The notes: generated from the letters alone by a model not told the origin. 64,000 nt of DNA from Octopus sinensis (GCF_006345805.1 NC_043002.1:76074001-76138000); one strand, 5' to 3'. Positions 40,190 to 54,970 are shown, counted from the first letter of the stretch. Numbers and translations are program-made.

Positions 40190-40482
40190 TTACATTTTAC
40201 TTCCTTCAGCCATTAGACTGAGGCCATGCTCGGACACTGCATTGAAGAATAATTTTAGTCGAATGAATCGACTCCAGTACTTTTTTTTTTAAATCCTGGC
40301 ACTTCTATTTGTCACTTTTGCCCCTGCTGATAAGCTGTGGAAACATAAATACCCCAACACTGATTGTCAAGCCGTGGTGGAGCAAAAATACAGACACACA
40401 CACACACACACATACACACACACACACACACATACACACACACACATATATATATATATATGTATGTACACACACACACGCA

Positions 40483-40526
<44 letters not shown>

Positions 40527-40554
40527 ACACACACATATATATATATATATGTAT

Positions 40555-40594
<40 letters not shown>

Positions 40595-40595
40595 T

Positions 40596-40640
<45 letters not shown>

Positions 40641-40895
40641 GAGGGGTGCTGAAAAAGTCTTGGCTCTAAGAGTATCGTTTAATAAAATCATAATTAACTT
40701 ATCTTCCGGTATTTTCTTTTACCTTATCTTTTCTGCACTCGTCGTATATATACTGCAAGCTTCTTGTGGTTTCCGGCTACCACATCCACTCACATGGCTT
40801 TCGTTCGCCCGAGGCTATAGTTGAAGACACTTGAGACTGAACCTGGAACCATGTAGTTGAGAAGCATGCTTCTTAACCCACAGTCACATCTGCGC
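40190..40895 (-). mobile_element. Family A SINE with expanded internal (CA)/(TA) tract and a mariner-TIR-like fragment (tacgaggggtgctgaaaa, ~40638)
   Basis: SINE halves flank the insert. Confidence 0.65.
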
Positions 40896-40925
40896 TTAAA
40901 TATACATACGTACGTGTGTGTGTGT

Positions 40926-40964
<39 letters not shown>

Positions 40965-41043
40965 CTGTGTCTGTGTCTGTGTGTCTGTGTCTGTGTCTGT
41001 GTGTATGTGTGTGTGTATGTGTGTGTATTTGTGTGTATGTGTG

Positions 41044-41088
<45 letters not shown>

Positions 41089-41339
41089 TATGAAAAATTG
41101 CGAAACTGAGACTTAATATGCTGCCTGGTTTAAAGCATCACCTGCCATTGTGAGTTCCTCTAACAGGACGCCCTCTGTTTCTAGTATTCAGACCAGGTCT
41201 CTTCTATGAAACTATTTTGCACCCTTCCGTTTTCTAGTTTCGGAAGCCATGTAATGGGACATGAGTTCTGCCTTTCCTCCTAAAATACAAAAAGAAAAAA
41301 CAGCAAGATTTTACGAAGAATTAAGAATTTTAAAAACAA

Positions 41340-41560
41340 CAAACCCCGGTGCCGAGCTGACAGAATCGTTAGCTCATCGAGCGAAAATTGCCTAACAGCA
41401 TTTCGTTCGTCTTTACTTTCTATGTCCAGACTCCGCCGAAGTCGACTTTGTCTTTTACCCTTTCTATGTCGATAAAATAAGTAGCAGTTAATCATTGGGT
41501 TGGTTTAATCAACTTACGCCTCCCCCGAAATTTCTGGCCTTGTGCCAAACTTTGAAAATA
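41340..41560 (+). mobile_element. Diverged MetaSINE-like SINE (family B)
   Basis: gccgagctgacagaatcgttagc head; gtcgataaaataagtagcag central domain. Confidence 0.75.
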
Positions 41561-41954
41561 ATAATGGTATATTTCAAATGAGAAATAATCCCATACTCGT
41601 AAGTTTAGATACAAGCGACTGTTGACATACAGTTTGTCCTGGAAGTGGTTCTACATCAATATTGAACGACATTTAACTGTAACACATAGACGATATGCAA
41701 AGAGAAAAAAGCTTAAGCATGTTCTGGGACACAAATATACGTATATTGACTTTTTGAGGCAAATTAATCCGTGAATGTGTTTATTCTGGTCGAAATCGGA
41801 CGACCACAGGTGGTAAAGTTTTTTATATTCAAAGATTTTTTTTTCTAATTCAAGTAACTCATATTTGTGGTATGAACTCAATAAGTATTAGCAAATTATC
41901 ATCGAAGTTGTTGGAATGATACACAGAGATGTTTTATGCGATGACACGTACATA

Positions 41955-43050
41955 CAGCGGGGTTGGACAAAAATTATGGAAACGCCATAAAATTTCAAAC
42001 AAATCTATTTTTATATTGGGCAGGACCGTATTTGACAGTAATTACAGCTTGAATTCTATGAGTTATGGACTCGTACGAAGTTTGAATTGTTTCCAAAGGA
42101 ATTTTTGTCCATTCTCCAGTTAAAACAGTCTTCAGTTCTTGTATTGTTGATGGTGGAGGATATCAACTCCTTATTTTTTTTTGTAAAATGCACCATAAAT
42201 GATCAATAATATTGAGATCTGGGAACTGTGGTGGCCAGATAAGATGTTCAACTTCACTAGAATGTTCCTCGTGCCTTTCAGTAGCAAATTTAGCTGTGTC
42301 AATTGGTGCATTATCATTCTGAAAGATTACGTTTCCCTCCGGAAACAGTTCCGCAACCATAGGATGAATTTGATCAGATAAAATGCTTAATTGGTCTAGA
42401 CCATTAATTCTGCCAAGAAGGGAAACCATTGGGCCGGCGGATTTCCAAGATAAAGTCGCCCCACTTCAGCTCATCACATCCTCCTCCATGTTTAAAAGTT
42501 GGAAGAAAGCAGTTTGGGTCAAATTCTTCTTTGGCTGTCTCCACACGTATATTCGGCCGGTGATCGAAAATAAGGTAAGGGATGACTCGTCCAAGGAAAT
42601 AACATTCTTCCATTGCTCTAGGAACCAATTCTATTGGTTTTTACTCCACTCTAAACACTTTGCAACGTTTGTTTTTTGAAAGTAGTGGTTTTCTGATTGC
42701 AGCCCTCCCGTGAAATTCGACTTTGTGCAGCTCCCGGCGAACAGTTTTTGTGCAAACTGGGTTCTCGGGGTGGTCATTAAGCTGTAATTACTTTGGAGAT
42801 AGTACTTCTTGATACACTAAACATTTCGGCTGTTTTCGTTACGCTAGCGCCTGCCATACGAGCACCAACAATTTGACCTCATTGAAAGTCCGATAGATCT
42901 GTCATTTTAATGAATTTAAATTTATGATATCTGGAAAGAAACAGCAATTTTAGCAAAACATATTAAGTAACACTAATAGATATTTATAGAAATTTTAAAA
43001 TTATGATGCTCTGATTCTAGGTGTTTCCATTATTTTGTCCAATCCTTGAA
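41955..43050 (-). mobile_element. Degraded, internally deleted Tc1-like transposon
   Basis: Imperfect TIRs cagcggggttggacaaaaattatggaaacgcc and ggtgtttccattattttgtccaatcc; FKHGGG, IFQNDNAPI...WPPQFPDLNIIDHLW. Confidence 0.9.
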
Positions 43051-44092
43051 TGTGTTCTTGCCCAGACTAAAGGCTCAAGAATACACAACGATTTATTAGT
43101 CGTGTTCTTCAGATAGCAAACAACTCAAAGAAATCTATATATGCCAAACTAAAGAATTTTGGAATACGAAAATAGAAGAAATACCAAAAAATAATCATGA
43201 ATTGTAACAGAAAATGTATAAGACGAACAGCTGTCTAGAACGTAACTAAAATAAAGTGGTGCATAAAATTCAATAGAGAAAAAAATTATCTATATATAAA
43301 ACGTTTTGCTTCCCTCTTGCGAAATACCTTTGAAGATTTTGACAAAAAATTTGATTAGGAAGGAAATCTCTAAATATCTAAAGGACATTTTTTAGTACTT
43401 GAAGTAACTTCAAATAAATTTGGCCTCTAATAATATAATATATTTAACCTGTAGGCAGAATAAACATGCTGAGAAGCCAACATTTCGGAATAGGCTCATT
43501 CTTAGAATGGAACAATTTGAGAAGTGATACCAACGTAACTTACTCATAGGCACACGTGCAACATAATCTAAATCCTTCATATAGGATTTAGGAAATTCGA
43601 TAACTGACCACAGTATACTTAAGTTTGTGGTACATTCCTCTTTCGGTTTCTATATGTTCTCTGGTAGAGAAGTGATGATAATTTACGCCAGATAATTCGA
43701 AGAATTCGTATGCTGTATATACCTGCTTTTTAAAGATCAAGCAAAATTAAGTATATCGTTATACACTTGTGTGCTGAATCCACTTTCGTACAACATACCA
43801 ACAATGCCACTCGTGTCAGCACAAATGAGTTGGCTCTGATTATACATCGAAAAGCTGCTTCGATCATAGGTTAAAAATGCACCGAATTTCTACCAACACC
43901 GAATTTCCTGTTCACATCCCTAGAAGAACTATTGTTCGCATATAGAAACGGTAAATAATAAAACAGTTACCGTGGCAAAGTTCTTTCTGTGAGTTAAATA
44001 TAAATGTTTACAGTTTATTTTAGTTATCGGAGCTTAGTGTGTGCGTTTAATTAATTCCAGCTCTACAAAGCTTCGCACACACCTGCTCATAT

Positions 44093-44193
<101 letters not shown>

Positions 44194-44219
44194 CATTATT
44201 ATTATATTATTATTATTAT

Positions 44220-47200
44220 TATATGTTTGATTTTTGCTTTATATTTGTACAAGTTGGCTCCAAGTCTCACCCAGAGACCTCAAGAGACAACAGGTTGGAA
44301 GTTCATGTCGCCGTTATGCCTAGTGTGCCATATATTTGGAGGGGGGGTGTTGTACTAATGAATGTCTAAAAAAATATATATATATTTTAAAAACCGAAAA
44401 TTATGTTTGTTTTAAACCTTGAGATTACATAGAAAGTATTTTGCGTAGGGTATGAGCAGTTCCCATGAGCACTATCTTTTGAATTTCTGCCATTTTGGGG
44501 TTTCCTGGTATCTGAGTTAGGTAGCTATCAGCCTCTTTTGCTGTCATTCCCAGGGCACCTATGACAACAGGTATTGTTTTAGTCTTCAGGTTCTACATTC
44601 TGCTGATTTCTATTTCAAGATCTTTATATTTGCTCAGTTTTTGGTAGGTCTTGACAGATACGTTTATATCGATTGGGACAGTCATATCAATGAGGAGGCA
44701 TGTTCTTTGTTTGAAGTCTTTCAATATGATGTGTGGCCTATTTGCATCTATCTTTCTGTCAGTTTAAATGGTGAAGTTCCAGAGGAGTGAGATGTGGTCA
44801 TTTTCAAGCACTGGGGGTGGTTTGTGTTCCCACCAGTTTTTTTTCATGGGGCAAATCCAGGTTTTTGCAGATTACCCAGTGAATATATTGTGCAGCTCTA
44901 TCGTGTCTGTTGAGATACTCTGTAGGCGCTAGAAGACTGCACTTGGAGACCACATGGTCAATGGTTTCATTTTGTTGCTGGCATACACGACACGTTGGAC
45001 TGCTTCTGATCTTTAATATGTTGGCCTGGTAGTTTCTTGTTGGTAGGCATTGATCTTGAGCTGCTATGATAAACTCCTCTGTTTCAGATTTTAAGCCAGA
45101 TGCCATTAGCCATTGATGGGTCAGGGATTTGTCAACATCTGCATTATTTGCTCTCTTTGGGTATTTGCCATAGAGAGGTTTTTCTTGCCATTTATTATTC
45201 AGAATATCTAAGGCCGCAGATTTAGCACGGGTTTTCATGCGCTTAGCTTTTTCTGTGCCTGTTTCTTGTATGTCTATCTCTAATTCCGAAATTTGTTGTA
45301 TTCGGAATTCACTTAGATATTCCTTTGCCTATTTTGTTACTGAGTATGATGCTTTCTTGTTTTCATGTTTTGAGACAAGTTTTAACATCCAGTCCTCAGA
45401 GTTTTTCAGGTAGGTGTCTAGGCCAATTGTAGCAATCTTCATTGTTATTGTCAGTTGTAAAAGTCCACGGCCTCCCTCTTTTCTTGGCAGATAAAGTCGT
45501 TCTGTATCTGCCTTAGGGTGGTGCATTCTATGCATTGTCAACAGTTTTCGTATTTTTCTGTCAAGACTACATATTTCAGTAATTGACCAGTTAAGGATAT
45601 TGAAACTGTAAGTCACAACTGGTATGGCTAATGCATTGATCGCTTCGATCCTGTTTCTCGCATTCAGCTCTGTCTTGAGTATTGCTCTTACTCTGCGATA
45701 ACATTCTCTCCTGATCCTTTCCTTCATCTCTGAATGCCTTATTCCTTCTCCTTCAATTACCCCTAGATACTTGTAGTTCTCTGCTGGGTCTAATTCTTTT
45801 ATGACATTCTGCTGGTCAAGGTTAACGTTAGATGTTTCTGTCATTTTTCCTTTGATAAAGGTAGCTTTTGCACACTTATCGAGGCCAAATTGCATTCTGA
45901 TGTCATCACTGAATTGTTTGACAATCGCTAGTAAGCCCTTGAGTTGTTGGTCATTTTTTGCAAAGAGCTTTAAATCATCCATGTAAATGAGATGATTTAT
46001 ATTTTTATCAAACATTTTATATCCGTACTGCGCGTCCTTGAGCAGTTTTGAGAGAGGTATTAAGGCTAAACAGAAGAGGAGTGGTGATAGTGAGTCACCC
46101 TGGAAAATGCTACATGAAACTTTTACATCACCAGCATTTAGAGATTCATTGTCACTGTTCAAAGTTAGTGTGGTTCTCCATGATCTCATACTTACAGACA
46201 AAAAGTTTCGCAGAGCAGGTGCTATCTTATACATTTCTAGGCATTTCTTAATCCAGCTATGTGGTAGGCTATCAAAAACCTTTTTATAGTCTATCCAGGC
46301 TATTGATAAGTTTTTAGGTCGTTTGTGACAATCTTCTAAGATCATCTTATTGATGAGTAGTTGATCTTTACAACCGTAGGATCCACGTTTACATCCTTTC
46401 TGTTCATTAGGGAATATGCTGCTGTCTGTCAAAAAACTATAGGTATATTCCGTCAGGACAGATGTGAGTGTTTTATACATAGTTGTTAAGCAGGTTATGG
46501 GTCTATAGTTTTTTGGTTCATTTGTTTCTTCACTTTTTGGAAGCAGGAATGTTAACCCATTAACTAGCCAAGGAGGCATCCTACTAGGGTGTTGCAAAAG
46601 ATCATTGTAAAGTTCTGTTAGCAGTTCATGGCTCTCTGGGAAGGCATTCAACCAAAAGTTAGAGATTTTATCCTTTCCTGGAGACTTCCATTTGCTTGAC
46701 CTCCTGAGAGCAAATCTTATATCTTCTACCTTGACACCCTCCCACTTTTGCTCTTTTAAGGAGTCCAGTTCTTTAGATATTCTATCAATCCAGGGGGCCT
46801 TTTCGCTGTGTGTTTTTTCTTCTGCCCAAATTTTTATTCCAAAATCCCTGCACTTCTTCTTTTGATTGTACAGACTTTACAGTAACTGTTGTTTTTCCTA
46901 TCTTCCTGTAAAAATTTTTGGGGTTATTTATGAACATGTTGTTGTCCCTGAAGAATCTAACGCGCTTTTCATACCTCGCTATGCGGGCAGCTTTAGTAGA
47001 TACCTTTTGCTTGATGGTTTCTATGGTGGCATCAATATCAAGTATAGTTTTCATATTGTATTTTTTCATTAGTTTTGGGGTTTTTGTAGGTTTGGTAGTC
47101 TTATGAACCTTAAGGTTTTTCAAATATTCAATGTCAGATCTAAATAGTTTAATTTGTTGCTGCAAACGCTCTTGCCAAGAAGGCTTTTTGTGGAAATGTT

Positions 47201-48245
47201 GCCGTTTTCTAATCTTTTCACCACATAGGATCGTTGAGATTTTCGCGGATGCATAGTATAGGTGGTTGAGATCTGCGATATCAACATCATTAGCTGTAAT
47301 TATATCCTTAAGTGAAAGCCGGGTTTCACCAATTATTTTCATGTTTTGGTTAAAGTTGCGGATTTTAGGGAGTGTATCACGTTCATCCATACTGGTTTCT
47401 TTAATTTTCAGCCATTCAATCATGATTTGACTTTTTAGCTCATGTAGTTCTGTCGGGTCAATATTTGTGTGACTTTCTTCATCTATTTGATGTTCATCTG
47501 TCTTAGTATTTATATTTGATTCAGGGAGTATTTCACTTTGCCTATCACTTATACTAACTCTTTCAATCCTTACTTCGTTTTTATTAGCTCTGAGCTGGTC
47601 TATAATTATTTCCTCTGTATTATCTTCTTTAGCTGCAGCTTCGTTCATTCTATCCGTTACTGCTTGTTTAATTTGATCAATCTCTACTTCAGTCAGTAAT
47701 TTTTTTAATAATGTTTCTTCTGACGTTGGCAAGTTTGTTACTGTCTATGTCGGGTCTTATTTCAGGGTGTTTCTGTCTCCAGTTTATGTAGGTTTGTATA
47801 GTGTTCGATTTATCTGTGGGGAAATATATGGCATGGTAGAAGGCCGCAAGAACTTCTTTATTATCTTCCCTAGTCCATTTTTCCTTCTTTTTCTTTTGAG
47901 TGTTTAGTGACGAGCATGGATGGCCATCTGTTGGAATATTCCAGTTGCGGGGTACGTTCAGCTCCCGTGTGTCGGGAAGATTTGATCCAGTAGCTGATTT
48001 TTCAATCAGACTTTGGTTCAATTTTCGGGTACGTGGTCTTTTGTAGTCCGCTCGCCGACCATCGCGTATTGTAGGTTGTTTTGTTGACATTGAAGCATGA
48101 CGAGCTTCGGCTCTTACATTAGGAAACGGATCTGTCAGTTTAGGATTCTCTGCACGTAAACATTGTTCGTAGCGCAGCTTCTTAAGGCTAGCAGATCTGT
48201 ATTCGTCTGTATTTTTTTTGTTGATAGTTTTATCTCCGGGCATAG
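44220..48245 (-). mobile_element. Near full-length R4/Dong-clade non-LTR retrotransposon; single ORF (Myb-like N-terminus, RT, CCHC, REL endonuclease) split by frameshifts
   Basis: ORF segments 47689..48243 (KWTREDNKEVL...NKLANVRRNII), 46785..47732, 45329..46651 (YRPITCL, QKGC, IDYKK.FDS, IFQGDSLSPLLF, YMDDLKLF, YKYLG) and 44804..45238 (CRVC..ETIDHVVSKC, RHDR); (TAA)n at the 3' end. Confidence 0.95.
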
Positions 48246-48433
48246 TTTTCCCTTCTTTTTTTTTATTTATCTTTTTTTTTTTAAACTTATGAAAGGTTCA
48301 CTCTGCCTGTATTAGTTCGAAAAAATGAGAATAAAAAACGAGAAAAAAAAATTAATAAATAAATAAAAATAAGAATTATCATCATCACCGTCATCATCAA
48401 TGACATTGTTTTTTGTGTAGTCACAGCGGTAGC

Positions 48434-48502
<69 letters not shown>

Positions 48503-48841
48503 CCATCACCATCACCATCGCCACGGTAAAGTGGTCATGTTCCATAAATAGATTCATCAGATGGTGGGCAAAGGACATTTTGGGTCAGGGAGAGGTCAAA
48601 CCTGTTTACTAGTACCAGCGTTATCTTGAAAAGCAATCCAGCTATATATATATATATACCCATACACATATGTATATGTATATGTATATTCACACACGCA
48701 TATTTTCTGATATTCACGCCGATGTTGTTTTTTTTTAATTTCTGAGTTCAATTGTGTTGTTGCAATAAAAGTTTACGTGTTTACGTGCATATGTATATAT
48801 TATTATTATTATTATATTATTATTATTATTATATTATTATT

Positions 48842-49375
48842 GAGTGAGAGAGCAGTGCATGCCATCAAAGTGGCACTGGGGTAAAATATACGAAGCCCAA
48901 TATACCCATCATGACTACCCGTCTGATAAGGGTACACCAGGCACATGCATCACAACCATATGTGCGCGACATGGTGATCTCATATCAAGATAAACAGCAC
49001 ATGACCTTGCAGGTGGGCCCCAGTTAGAATTTTCTTCAGGTTGAGTAGCCCATCCCGCTCAAAAGGTCCCTGAATAAGGGTTGTTTAAGGATGTTGAAAG
49101 AACCACCCATGATTCCAGAGGTGAATTATTCAAACCCCAAAGAATCCCTCTCAACACATGGCTATGATGCTCCCCCACTACTTCTGTTCGTGATCAGAGA
49201 TGCACATATCGTCAGCCACTAAGGGACATGCTCAACTGGTTAAGATCAAACAACTGACAAGCAAATCTGTGGTATTGAGCAGAATATTTGCTGTAGTCCA
49301 TCTTTTATACCAAGACAAAGCAATGAACATGATAACACTTCCAATCAGTTAAGATCAGAAGCCATGAGAGCCACC
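48842..49375 (-). mobile_element. Second copy of the ~550-bp (TAA)n-embedded non-coding element
   Basis: Collinear with 15647-16200. Confidence 0.75.
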
Positions 49376-49447
<72 letters not shown>

Positions 49448-49488
49448 CATCATTGTTGTTATTATTATTATTATTATTGTCATTATCA

Positions 49489-49519
<31 letters not shown>

Positions 49520-49524
<5 letters not shown>

Positions 49525-49725
49525 GCGATACAGAAGGTGGGGAACTGGCAGAAGCGCTAGCACGCCGCACAAAACTCTTAGTACCAATTTTTCCGGCTTT
49601 ACTTTTTGAATTTCGACGATGTCAATTTTGCCTATCATCCTTCGGGCTCGAAAAATATTAGTCGACCGCTGAGGTTGATGTAATCGACTAGCCCTGCCTC
49701 CGAAAATTTCAGACCTTCTGTCTAT
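49520..49725 (+). mobile_element. Diverged MetaSINE-like SINE (family B)
   Basis: ggtggggaactggcagaagcgctagc head; gcctatcatccttcgggctcg central domain. Confidence 0.7.
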
Positions 49726-50466
49726 AGCATAGATGATTCTTATTTGTGCTCTACAATTTCACTTACTGCAAAAGAAAGATCCTTGGTACTCATGAAACTC
49801 CACTTATCTTAGAAAATACCAAGGAGAGAATGCTATGGCACTTTATCATATACACAAACTACCAGACAGGTGGTAAGGTATCTGACATAGTTCCTTTGCA
49901 ACAGGATCACAGTAACGCTGACATACAATTGTAAAATGAAGAAATATCTGAAAATTTAAATAATTAAAACGACCTGATTAATGGCAGTTAAGAAACTTGT
50001 ATATATATATAAGTCAATCAGTAATTAGTACAACTGAAAATTATACAGAACCTGTTTTATAAGTTAATTAACATATTATCTACGAGGATAGATAAAGCCT
50101 TCTCACAAATCCTTTGTTAACCTTGAAAATTATTGCTAAAAATTGAATAGTTTTCATAAAGCTTGTTTGCCAAGATGTACCTAATTCTTATTTGAAGAAA
50201 CAAAGCCGCATGATGTATTTGTCAAACTAAGAATTATAAAAGATGATAATATTTTCTCTTTATTCTGGCAAAAGACAAATACGCAAACACGAATGCTAAT
50301 ATGGTAATATATTTGGCTAATACATTTAAAATACAATATGCTATATGAGAAATGCGAAAATACAAATCGAATGCATACATATACAATATATATACATATA
50401 ATACATTATATACACATAATCTATAATATATTATATTTAGATAAGTTTATATATATATATATATAT

Positions 50467-51157
50467 ATCACAATCAAGGAACGGCCATAATAGGCCATTC
50501 ACCCACTAGAAACAACAGCCAAAGCTTCAACCGCAAAATAACATCAATTCCGTAAACCAGGAGAAAATTAAAAAACATTTACCCTGTAATTTCTTATACG
50601 ACTATTAATTTTTTTCCCACTAGGCCGCTGGTGGCAAAACAATTCTACAAAATTTTTTGCCACCCTATATTGATTAATTATGAATTTTCTGGTTAATTCC
50701 GTAATGGAATCGGCGGCTTATATTTATTTGCTGCCGATAAATTTGGCGCGAGAGCGATGATTTGAAAATTTTAGGTCAGATATTGCCGAGGCAGGGACGG
50801 AAATGCCTCGTGAAAATATCTGATCCGACTTGGCTATTTCTTACTGATGATTCTAAGGGCCTATGGAAGATTGGCTTGATTTAATTTAATCAGGTTAGTT
50901 TACCATTAAACAGTAGATGAAACGGTGCATCGTATAAGAAATTACAGGGTAAATGTTTTTTAATTTTCTCCTGGTTTACGGAATTGATGTTATTTTGCGG
51001 TTGAAGCTTTGGCTGTTGTTTCTAGTGGGTGAATGGCCTATTATGGCCGTTCCTTGATTGTGATGTTGAACTTAAAAATGGTCTATGACTATTTAATTTT
51101 TTCCCACTAGGCCGCTGTGGCAAAAAAATTCTACAAAATTTTTTGCCACCCTATTTG

Positions 51158-51159
<2 letters not shown>
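50467..51159. mobile_element. Second locus of the 478-bp HHR element: 135-bp inverted arm (50467-50601), then ~1.2 monomers; (TA)n flanks
   Basis: Same left terminus atcacaatcaagg and right terminus ttttgccaccctat.ttgat as 9026-10967. Confidence 0.9.
50838..50940 (+). ncRNA. Type I hammerhead ribozyme with CUGAUGA core (cleavage after 50934)
   Basis: ttctta-CTGATGA-(t)tcta...taga(t)-GAAA-cgg-tgca-tcg-TA-taagaa; the first stem II pair is a U-U mismatch. Confidence 0.8.
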
Positions 51160-51228
<69 letters not shown>

Positions 51229-51305
51229 CAAGTATGTGCATGAGTTTCTATATGTGCGATTGCATGCTGTATGATAAATAAATGATTGATAATTATTTTC
51301 ATTTT

Positions 51306-51346
<41 letters not shown>

Positions 51347-51609
51347 CGACGACGACGATAACGATGATGATGATGATGACAGGATTCTCTCCTCACCTCC
51401 TTTTCATCATTACCATGTTCACTAGCTTGTTTAGAAATATTTAGAATGCTCGTATCATGTTTTATATAAAGGCAATATAACATCTCTAACTTTATTAAAT
51501 AATTCTAGAAAGTGTTAATTTCGAGAAAATAAAATTCAGACGGAATTGCAACAAATCAAAAATAATAACAGCGATAACAATAATATTGGTAATAATAATA
51601 ATAATAATA

Positions 51610-51642
<33 letters not shown>

Positions 51643-51892
51643 TTCTAAAAGAAAGCGAACGATGAGAAATAAATACTGATAAAACAAAAATCTCAAGAAA
51701 ACATTTTAATGATAATATATTTCGGGAAATATATATATTCATGTGTATATTAATAAAGGATTTTTTTCCATGACTAGCACGTAATTTATTCATCTTATCT
51801 AACACTTCTTTCTACAAAACAACAACATAATGCACATTTACATGCACGCACACAAGCACACACATGTGATATATATGCACGTAGAGATATAT

Positions 51893-52005
<113 letters not shown>

Positions 52006-52202
52006 TAACCATTATACTGTCACATGAACGATTATGTGTGCGTATATTAAAATACTGACACACATAAATACATATATGTAAATAAACAAAAAAGATTATA
52101 TGCAAATACATACATATATATGCACATTTATATATTTATTTATATGTTGTGTGTGTGTATGTAGTATACATACGTAAATATAATACCTACACATATACAC
52201 AC

Positions 52203-52289
<87 letters not shown>

Positions 52290-53794
52290 ACGTCCTCGCG
52301 TTGTGTTTTTTTGTGCTTTCTTGTTTGGATTAACTATATATATATATATATATATTATTCGTGTATTATTTGTGTGCATTTGTGTGTGTATATCTATTTA
52401 CAGTGATGTCCCTAATCGCCAATATTATATATATATATATATTTATATAAAAGAATATGCGCATGCTCGTGTGTGTATATGTGTGTATGCGTGTGTGAGT
52501 GTGTTTATGAATTCCTGGAAATGTAATTTCCACGTGCACCTTGCACATATTTATCAATATGAAGAATTATACATTCAAACAAGTTTAAATTTTATAGTGT
52601 AATTAGAAATTTTGTAGAGTACCATATATTTAATATAGTCTGGTGTGTGTATGTTGTGTGTGTAAAAAAAGGGTTAAAGATACATGCATTACAACACATT
52701 CGCAATTATTTGAAATTACGTTTATCTATGTGTGAGGATACATAAATAAGCGCCTGTTCTAGAATATACATACACACACATGTATGCGAATACATATAAA
52801 AATTCATTCACAAATACACACACCACACACACACACATACATATATATATATGTATGTATGTATATATGCATTATGTATGTATTCATGTGTGAGTGTATA
52901 TGTATCAATATATGTATATATTGATGTTATATAGGATATATGTGTATTACCTTTACACAGGTAATTCATTTCCATTAAAACAAACGACAGTAGTTTCATG
53001 ATTAAAACAAAGAACATAAATTAAAACTTCAATGATATTTATTTTTGTCGAGGAAATTCAACCTTAATAGATACAATAAATTTTGGAAGTCGTAAAGCTG
53101 TTTTACGAACATGCTGTATATTCTGTATTTACAAAGATACGTGTGTGCGTGTTTGTTTATTTGTGTGTATGAGTATGTGAGTCTGTGTGTGCGTATTTGT
53201 TGCCAGTAACTCTCATGAGATTGCTCTGGTAACATGGAATCTATTACTGTTTGGTGCCTGGACGGGTCGTCGACGAGTAAACCGACACCTAGGCTAGGTC
53301 TTCCTTGGTAGGACGGGTTGGGAGAACCCCAGCAGGGACACAAGATCTGTCAAAAGGACGGATTAACTTAATATAGTTTCAACGATTATCTAGCAACACA
53401 TGGGTCCTCAGAAATTCCAGGTCAGTGTCCGGCGTACAGGAAGACCACTGGGAGTGAAACCCCACTCTGGGACTGAACCCAGAACAGTGTGGCTGCGAAG
53501 CACAACCACGTCTGTGCATCTATTTTTAACATGTTCCAGCAAAATAGAATGATAATTGCACGGACATGAGAATATTGTCTTTGAGAATAAATTCCTCACT
53601 ATAGACTTTGTGTTTGCTGAAGCTGAATTAATTCTAACTTAGTATCTCCCAGCATATACAAGTAAATATTTTGTTTATTGTTTACAATATAAGAATAGAA
53701 GTTCCCGTATCGTGCCGATAAGTCGCGATTGTAACTATCACTGAGGAGTTGAATTCACGTCGAAACACTGGGTGTTGTAATCATTTATTTATGT

Positions 53795-54175
53795 TCATCT
53801 TTTACCTGCTTCAGTCACTGTACTGCGGACATTTTGGTGCGCCTTTGAAGAATATTTAGTCGAATGAATGAATAACAATACTTATATTTTCAAGCTTGGT
53901 ACCTATTCTACCGGTCTCTTTTGTCGAACTGTTAAGTTACAAGGACGTACACAGATCAACACCGGTTGTCAGGCGATGGTGGGGAGAAACACATACACAA
54001 AGTCCCACACACAGACATAAGTATATATGACGGGCTTCTTTTCGTTTCCATCAGCCAAATCCACTCACAAATATTTGGTCGGTCTCGGGCTATAGGAAAA
54101 GACACATATGGTAGACAGTACTGAATCCCAAATCATGTAGTTAGGAACCAATGTCCTTAACACGCTCTCCTGCAC
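53795..54175 (-). mobile_element. Diverged family A CORE-like SINE
   Basis: Reverse complement collinear with family A. Confidence 0.7.
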
Positions 54176-54454
54176 CTGCATAGTCACGCTTGCGCCAACA
54201 CCGCCACGCCTGTGTCGGCAGAGCCATACCTGTGCTTACGCAGCCACGCCTGTCCCTGCTGACAGAATTATGATCAAAGGTATCGCGACTCTGTAAAACT
54301 CGTCATTTTAAGATAATTTACTGTATTTCTGTCTTTTTGAAACCACAGTAACGTTTAAGTTCAGAGATATGAGGCTACTATTTCTAGCAGCCCCATTTTC
54401 CAACGTCGTGCTGCCTTCTTTTGATTAATTGTTACATAGGCTGGTTATTTTGTC

Positions 54455-54480
54455 GTTCTAGTAGTAGTAGTAGTAGTAGC

Positions 54481-54521
<41 letters not shown>

Positions 54522-54970
54522 GAGGAGGAGGAGGAGGAGGAGGAGGAGGAGGAGTGAGTGAGTGGAGGGGAGGAGGAAGAGGAGATGAAGAGAAGGAGGG
54601 GAAGAGAAAGAGGAGGGGAGGAGGAAGGGGAAAAAGAGGAGGAATGGGAAAAGGAGGGGGAGGAGGAAGGGGAAAAAGACGAAGTGGAAAAGGAGGAGAA
54701 AGTAGAAAGAGAGGAGGAGGAAGTAAAGGAGTAGGTGGAGGTGGAGGATGGGGGATAAGGAGGAAGTGGGGGAGGCGGAGGAATAAAGAAAGAGGAAGAA
54801 AAGGATGAAGGGAAGGAGGAGGAAGAGTAGAATGCGGAAGGGGAGGGGGAGGTACTGGTAGCAGTAGTAGTTGTATTTGTTGTTGTGTTTGCTGCTGCAG
54901 TGATTGTTGATTTTGTGGTTGTTGATGTTGTTGTTGTTGGTGGCGGTGGTGGTGTTGTGTCTGTGACTCT
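54455..54970. repeat. (GTA)n, (GGA)n and purine-rich low-complexity tract
   Basis: Seen directly; source of the poly-P/poly-L pseudo-ORFs. Confidence 0.9.

Noticed and set aside
43540-43925. Protein-like segments on the minus strand ending at a GTAAGT donor
   Set aside because: Need at least two frameshifts or stops and match nothing I recognise
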